From: a virus
IMG/VR virus record: IMGVR_UViG_3300009151_000061
Coordinates: 1-64,000 of that record
Reading direction: 5' to 3' (one strand)
DNA length: 64,000 bases
How positions within the stretch are numbered: position 1 is the first letter of the stretch; each line of letters starts with the position of its first letter. This document shows, piece after piece, positions 60,185-64,000 of this stretch. Below the pieces are notes generated by a model. That model was not told where the DNA came from. It made no database searches and saw only the letters and a list, made by a program, of their open reading frames with translations. The position numbers and the translations under genes are program-made.

Positions 60185-61102
60185 ATGGGAATATCTAATA
60201 AATATAATAAAGACGAATTTGTAAGGAGAGCTAATTTAGTTCATAATAATAAATACGACTATTCTTTATCTGATTATAAAAATAGCCGAGATAAAATTGA
60301 TATTTTATGTCCTAAACACGGTATATTTAGACAAATGCCATATAATCATTTACAAGGAAAGGGATGTAACTACTGTTCTATGAATCAAAAAAATACTATT
60401 AATGATTTTATAGATAAGTCGAATAAAAAACATAATAGTAAGTATAACTACCCCGATAAAAATTACATAAATAGCGTAACCCAAATATCCATAGAATGTC
60501 CTAATCATGGAGTTTTTAGACAAACTCCCGGAAATCATTTAAGAGGAGTGGGATGCCCAAAATGCAGTGGGAACAGAAAATTAACAACCGATGAATTTAT
60601 AGATAAAGCTAATAAAAAACATAACTTCTTATATAAGTACCCCAACTTAAACTATAAAAACTATGATAGTGAAATAGATATAGAGTGTCCCAAACATGGA
60701 ATATTTAAACAGATAGTCAGAAATCACTTGACTGGAAGAGGATGTCAAAAATGTAGAAATTCTAAAGGTGAGTTAAAAATATCAGAAATTTTAAGCAAAA
60801 ATAATATAAAATACAAAAAAGAATATACATTCAATGATTTAAGACACAAAGATTTATTAAAATTTGACTTTGCTATTTTAGATGATAAAGAACTAATAAA
60901 ATATCTAATAGAATTTAACGGACAACAACATTATGACTTTAAGAAAAAGTTCCATAAGGATTATGATAATTTTATTATAAATAAACATAGAGACAACCTA
61001 AAGATAGACTACTGTAGAAGGAATGGATATAAGTTATATATAATAAGATATGATGATAATATCGAAGATATTATGAATAATATATTGAATGACAATATGT
61101 AA
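60185..61102 (+). CDS. Putative homing endonuclease: DUF723-like repeats plus Vsr/DUF559-like domain
   Basis: Three CPxHG.F.Q...HL.G.GC repeats; SKGE..I, FDF, IEFNGQQHY, RD..K..YC. Confidence 0.8.
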   Translation: MGISNKYNKDEFVRRANLVHNNKYDYSLSDYKNSRDKIDILCPKHGIFRQMPYNHLQGKGCNYCSMNQKNTINDFIDKSNKKHNSKYNYPDKNYINSVTQISIECPNHGVFRQTPGNHLRGVGCPKCSGNRKLTTDEFIDKANKKHNFLYKYPNLNYKNYDSEIDIECPKHGIFKQIVRNHLTGRGCQKCRNSKGELKISEILSKNNIKYKKEYTFNDLRHKDLLKFDFAILDDKELIKYLIEFNGQQHYDFKKKFHKDYDNFIINKHRDNLKIDYCRRNGYKLYIIRYDDNIEDIMNNILNDNM

Positions 61103-61125
61103 AAAAGAGGGTTAAAACCCTCTTT
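61101..61125. terminator. Intrinsic terminator between convergent genes
   Basis: AAAAAAGAGGGTT-AA-AACCCTCTTT. Confidence 0.7.
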
Positions 61126-61127
61126 GA

Positions 61128-62282
61128 TTACATAAAGAACTGTGAGTTTGAATTTATCTTCATAAGATCTTCCGGTGTGAAATACTGTGGAGACTTCTTC
61201 ATTACTTCTTGAAGCTCCTTATAGTTTGCACCTGCTTCTTCTTTCCTACCAGTGTAGAAACAAGCTGCTGCATGTACCTCAAGGAATCTCCATACATAAA
61301 GTGATTCATCAACGAATAACAAACGACCAGGATAAGGGTTCTTACCATGGAATAACCCTTTAGCTGACTTAGTATAAAGGTAAGCCATATGCCATTCACC
61401 TACACTTAGATAGTAATCTATGATTGCTTTAATAGGTTCCGCTCTAAGTGGATCCATTGCATAAGCTTTAAGTAGTTCTTGGTGAGTTTCATTCCAAGGA
61501 AATTCAAGAGCTCTCATAATAGTACCTATACGGAACTGAGAATAGAATCTCTCCTCTTCATAACCATCCATACGATTAACCCTTTCACGGTAGTACTTCA
61601 TACTTCTACGAAGTCTTTCCTCATTCTCAGATCTGTTATCTGGAATAGAAGCTGAGTCATGATAAGACTGTGCTGTATAGAATACCCAACGAGCATTTCG
61701 ATCTTTGTTATCGATATAATCTTCAAGAATAGCCGAGTGCTTCTTATACTTATCCGCAATATTCCCTTTCCAAGAACCACCATCCATTTGTACTTTAACA
61801 GATATACCTTCCATCAAACCAGAAGTAATATTCTGTTGATCACATACAATGAACTCATGGACGCACCCATACCACCTGTATGGTAGTTCAGTTCTCCAAC
61901 ATTCGTTACGAGTGTATTTCATATTACCAATAAAGGTATTGAACATGTAAAGATCTTTATCAAGTTTATTCTTATTAAACGAAGGTTCAACTTGTAACAT
62001 TTCATCAGCATCTAACCAAAAAGCATACTCTGATTTATCTTTAATCATTTCCATCGCATAGTTTCTACTATTTTCAAAATTATCAAATGGTCGCTCATAT
62101 ACAAATGTTGGAATATTGTTATCAACCCCCCATTTTCTTATAATGTCCTGTGTACCATCTGTTGATCCAGTATCAACTATAACTACACAATCAACAATTT
62201 GCTTTATAGTATTAAGCATTCTTTCTATTACATGAGCTTCATCTTTAACTATTTGTGATAATCCTAATTTATATTTTTTCAT
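61128..62282 (-). CDS. Glycosyltransferase family 2 with TPR repeats
   Basis: IVKDEAHVIERML, VDTGSTDGT, WLDADE, VHE, FYTAQSY, P.RAEP. Confidence 0.85.
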   Translation of the reverse strand: MKKYKLGLSQIVKDEAHVIERMLNTIKQIVDCVVIVDTGSTDGTQDIIRKWGVDNNIPTFVYERPFDNFENSRNYAMEMIKDKSEYAFWLDADEMLQVEPSFNKNKLDKDLYMFNTFIGNMKYTRNECWRTELPYRWYGCVHEFIVCDQQNITSGLMEGISVKVQMDGGSWKGNIADKYKKHSAILEDYIDNKDRNARWVFYTAQSYHDSASIPDNRSENEERLRRSMKYYRERVNRMDGYEEERFYSQFRIGTIMRALEFPWNETHQELLKAYAMDPLRAEPIKAIIDYYLSVGEWHMAYLYTKSAKGLFHGKNPYPGRLLFVDESLYVWRFLEVHAAACFYTGRKEEAGANYKELQEVMKKSPQYFTPEDLMKINSNSQFFM

Positions 62283-62362
62283 TATACTATTTTATTTTAG
62301 ATTTATAGATAAAAATGAGTTTTTTGTTTTAATATATAATGTAATAAAAAGTAATAAAATGT

Positions 62363-63127
62363 ATGGTAATATATAAAGCCACTTTTCCTAATAATAAAGT
62401 GTACATCGGTAAAACTAAAAACTTCAAGAGCAGAAAATATCAACATATATGGAACAGTAAGAGAAATGTTAATAAACATTTGATTATGTATAAAGCCATA
62501 AGAAAATATGGCGAAGAAAATATAAAATGGGAAATATTATGTGAGTGTGATAATTTTGAGGATATGAAAGAAAAAGAAATTTTCTTTATTAAATTATACA
62601 ATTCGACATCACATAAATTTGGATATAATATGGTTTGTGGAGATAAAGAGGATTATAATAAAAGAGAAAATTTTAATAAAGAATACCAATTAGATATAAT
62701 TAAAAGAAAGCTAATATCTAACGGACATGATCCATCGAAATACATAGAAATAACAGATGAACTATCACTTGAGATATTAAATGATTATGGTAAAATTGGA
62801 ATAAGAGGATTGGCAAATAAATATAAAATATCAAGACAAAGACTAACTAGATTTATTAAATCAAAAGACATTGAAATAATTAAAGATATGGCTACAATTA
62901 CAAATTCAATTAAGATAGATGATAGTTTTATTAAAACTGTAATTCAAAAGTGGCAAAATGGTAAAACAATTAAAGATATATCAAGTGAAGAAGGACAAAC
63001 AATACAAACAATAAGTCGAATATTACACGATTCTAACATAAGAAAATCAAAAAGATTTAAAAATGGAAAAAGATATGACGGGAGACAACCGAAAAAAAGC
63101 AAACCTAACAATACGATTGGACACTAA
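62363..63127 (+). CDS. GIY-YIG homing endonuclease with C-terminal HTH repeats
   Basis: VIY...KVYIGKT...R...H, AIRKYG, E...I, GYN. Confidence 0.85.
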   Translation: MVIYKATFPNNKVYIGKTKNFKSRKYQHIWNSKRNVNKHLIMYKAIRKYGEENIKWEILCECDNFEDMKEKEIFFIKLYNSTSHKFGYNMVCGDKEDYNKRENFNKEYQLDIIKRKLISNGHDPSKYIEITDELSLEILNDYGKIGIRGLANKYKISRQRLTRFIKSKDIEIIKDMATITNSIKIDDSFIKTVIQKWQNGKTIKDISSEEGQTIQTISRILHDSNIRKSKRFKNGKRYDGRQPKKSKPNNTIGH

Positions 63128-63245
63128 TCTATTAGAAAGATATAAGTCTCTATGTGAGAAAAATGGATTCGATATGTCCAAAAGGTTAAGAAAATTTATA
63201 GAAATGGAAATTAAATCCGAGACTGGTCAAGGCTTTAAGTTTTAA
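63075..63245 (+). CDS. Ribbon-helix-helix protein
   Basis: LTIRLDTNLLERYKSLCEKNGFDMSKRLRKFIE. Confidence 0.75.
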   Translation: MTGDNRKKANLTIRLDTNLLERYKSLCEKNGFDMSKRLRKFIEMEIKSETGQGFKF

Positions 63246-63250
63246 GTTTA

Positions 63251-63625
63251 TCAGATACTAAAGAAATCTCCATTACTATCATATTTTGATATTTTCTTTT
63301 GATATTTACCATAACTCTCCATAATTTTTTTAATCCGGTCAAGTTCATCAGTCGATGTATTTTTCATTCTAGAGGAATTTGATAATGTTATTATTGTTGT
63401 GTAGAAAACTACGTCGCCCTCGGTTACAAAACTGATTTTTTTTGATTTTACTTCATAATCTTTACCATCAACTCCAATAATAGTTCCATTGGACGGAGCT
63501 TGGATAGGACTTTCAGTATCTATATCTTCCATAGAAGATAGAATAGAGTTCAACTTACTATCCCTCATTTCACTCTTATTAGTTTCATCAAACCTAAACT
63601 GCAATCTGTATATTACTTTTTTCAT
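63251..63625 (-). CDS. Hypothetical protein with internal RDSKLNSIL
   Basis: 124 aa ORF. Confidence 0.65.
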   Translation of the reverse strand: MKKVIYRLQFRFDETNKSEMRDSKLNSILSSMEDIDTESPIQAPSNGTIIGVDGKDYEVKSKKISFVTEGDVVFYTTIITLSNSSRMKNTSTDELDRIKKIMESYGKYQKKISKYDSNGDFFSI

Positions 63626-63627
63626 AG

Positions 63628-63999
63628 TTATCTTTTATGAGAATGTAACTTTGATATAATCAAGTTACAATCTTTTATATGTTTTGTATCTGGTGAAAGT
63701 TCTATCAAGTCTAACTTACCTTGAATAATACTTTCAAGTGTTGCTACTTTATACTTACCAACTTCTATATACGGAGTTTTATCACCGTCCTGAGCGACAA
63801 TATCTATTTCATGTTTAAACATAAATCTATCAGGACCACCATATCCATCAGACCCCATATTAACTCCAGTCTTTATATCAACCATTATTCTACTTGTAGA
63901 ATATTTGAAGTTAGATATGTTATTTTTACCACAAAATTTTAAGAAGGTTTCTCTATCTAAAATATAATCCCAATCTTTTGGAGTTCTACCAAGCAGAGG
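63628..63999 (-). CDS. Nucleotidyltransferase-like protein, 5' truncated by window edge
   Basis: Frame stays open upstream of the tracked ATG: PLLGRTPKDWDYIL...EIDI...K....KH..D. Confidence 0.6.
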   Translation of the reverse strand, partial: PLLGRTPKDWDYILDRETFLKFCGKNNISNFKYSTSRIMVDIKTGVNMGSDGYGGPDRFMFKHEIDIVAQDGDKTPYIEVGKYKVATLESIIQGKLDLIELSPDTKHIKDCNLIISKLHSHKR

Positions 64000-64000
64000 T

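Noticed and set aside
28213-61886. Numerous short antisense ORFs in the track (e.g. 28213, 36568, 37672, 38495, 43350, 49825, 61659)
   Set aside because: Almost entirely nested opposite well-supported genes, with no motifs or promoters.
1-64000. Alternative genetic code (stop recoding), as in some large phages
   Set aside because: Genes are full length in code 11, and TAG and TGA end genes at sensible boundaries. The polymerase break involves a frame change, not a single stop.

Overview
AT-rich 64-kb segment of a large (jumbo-type) T4-like tailed phage genome, read in the standard code. The host is probably Bacteroidota, from TAnnTTTG promoters and an Hc1-like protein. The window holds an NAD salvage pair (Nudix-domain protein end plus NAMPT) around a tRNA-Leu(UAA), and replication genes: putative clamp, the C-terminal half of a split family-B polymerase, primase and UvsW. 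It also has a baseplate/lysin cluster, ClpP, guanylate kinase, glycosyltransferases, about 8 free-standing endonuclease genes and many small hypothetical genes. The top finding is a 40-nt hairpin- and stop-containing insert inside catalytic motif B (QLAL|KLVLNGSYG) of the polymerase gene. A frameshift cannot bypass it, so it suggests translational bypassing or RNA excision, and it sits beside a divergent HNH gene. Other unexplained structure: two recurring peptide tags shared by dozens of unrelated proteins (N-terminal MKHLKxFE-like and mostly C-terminal RDxKIDxLL-like) and three distinct promoter classes. All product calls come from motifs recognised by eye; no searches were run.
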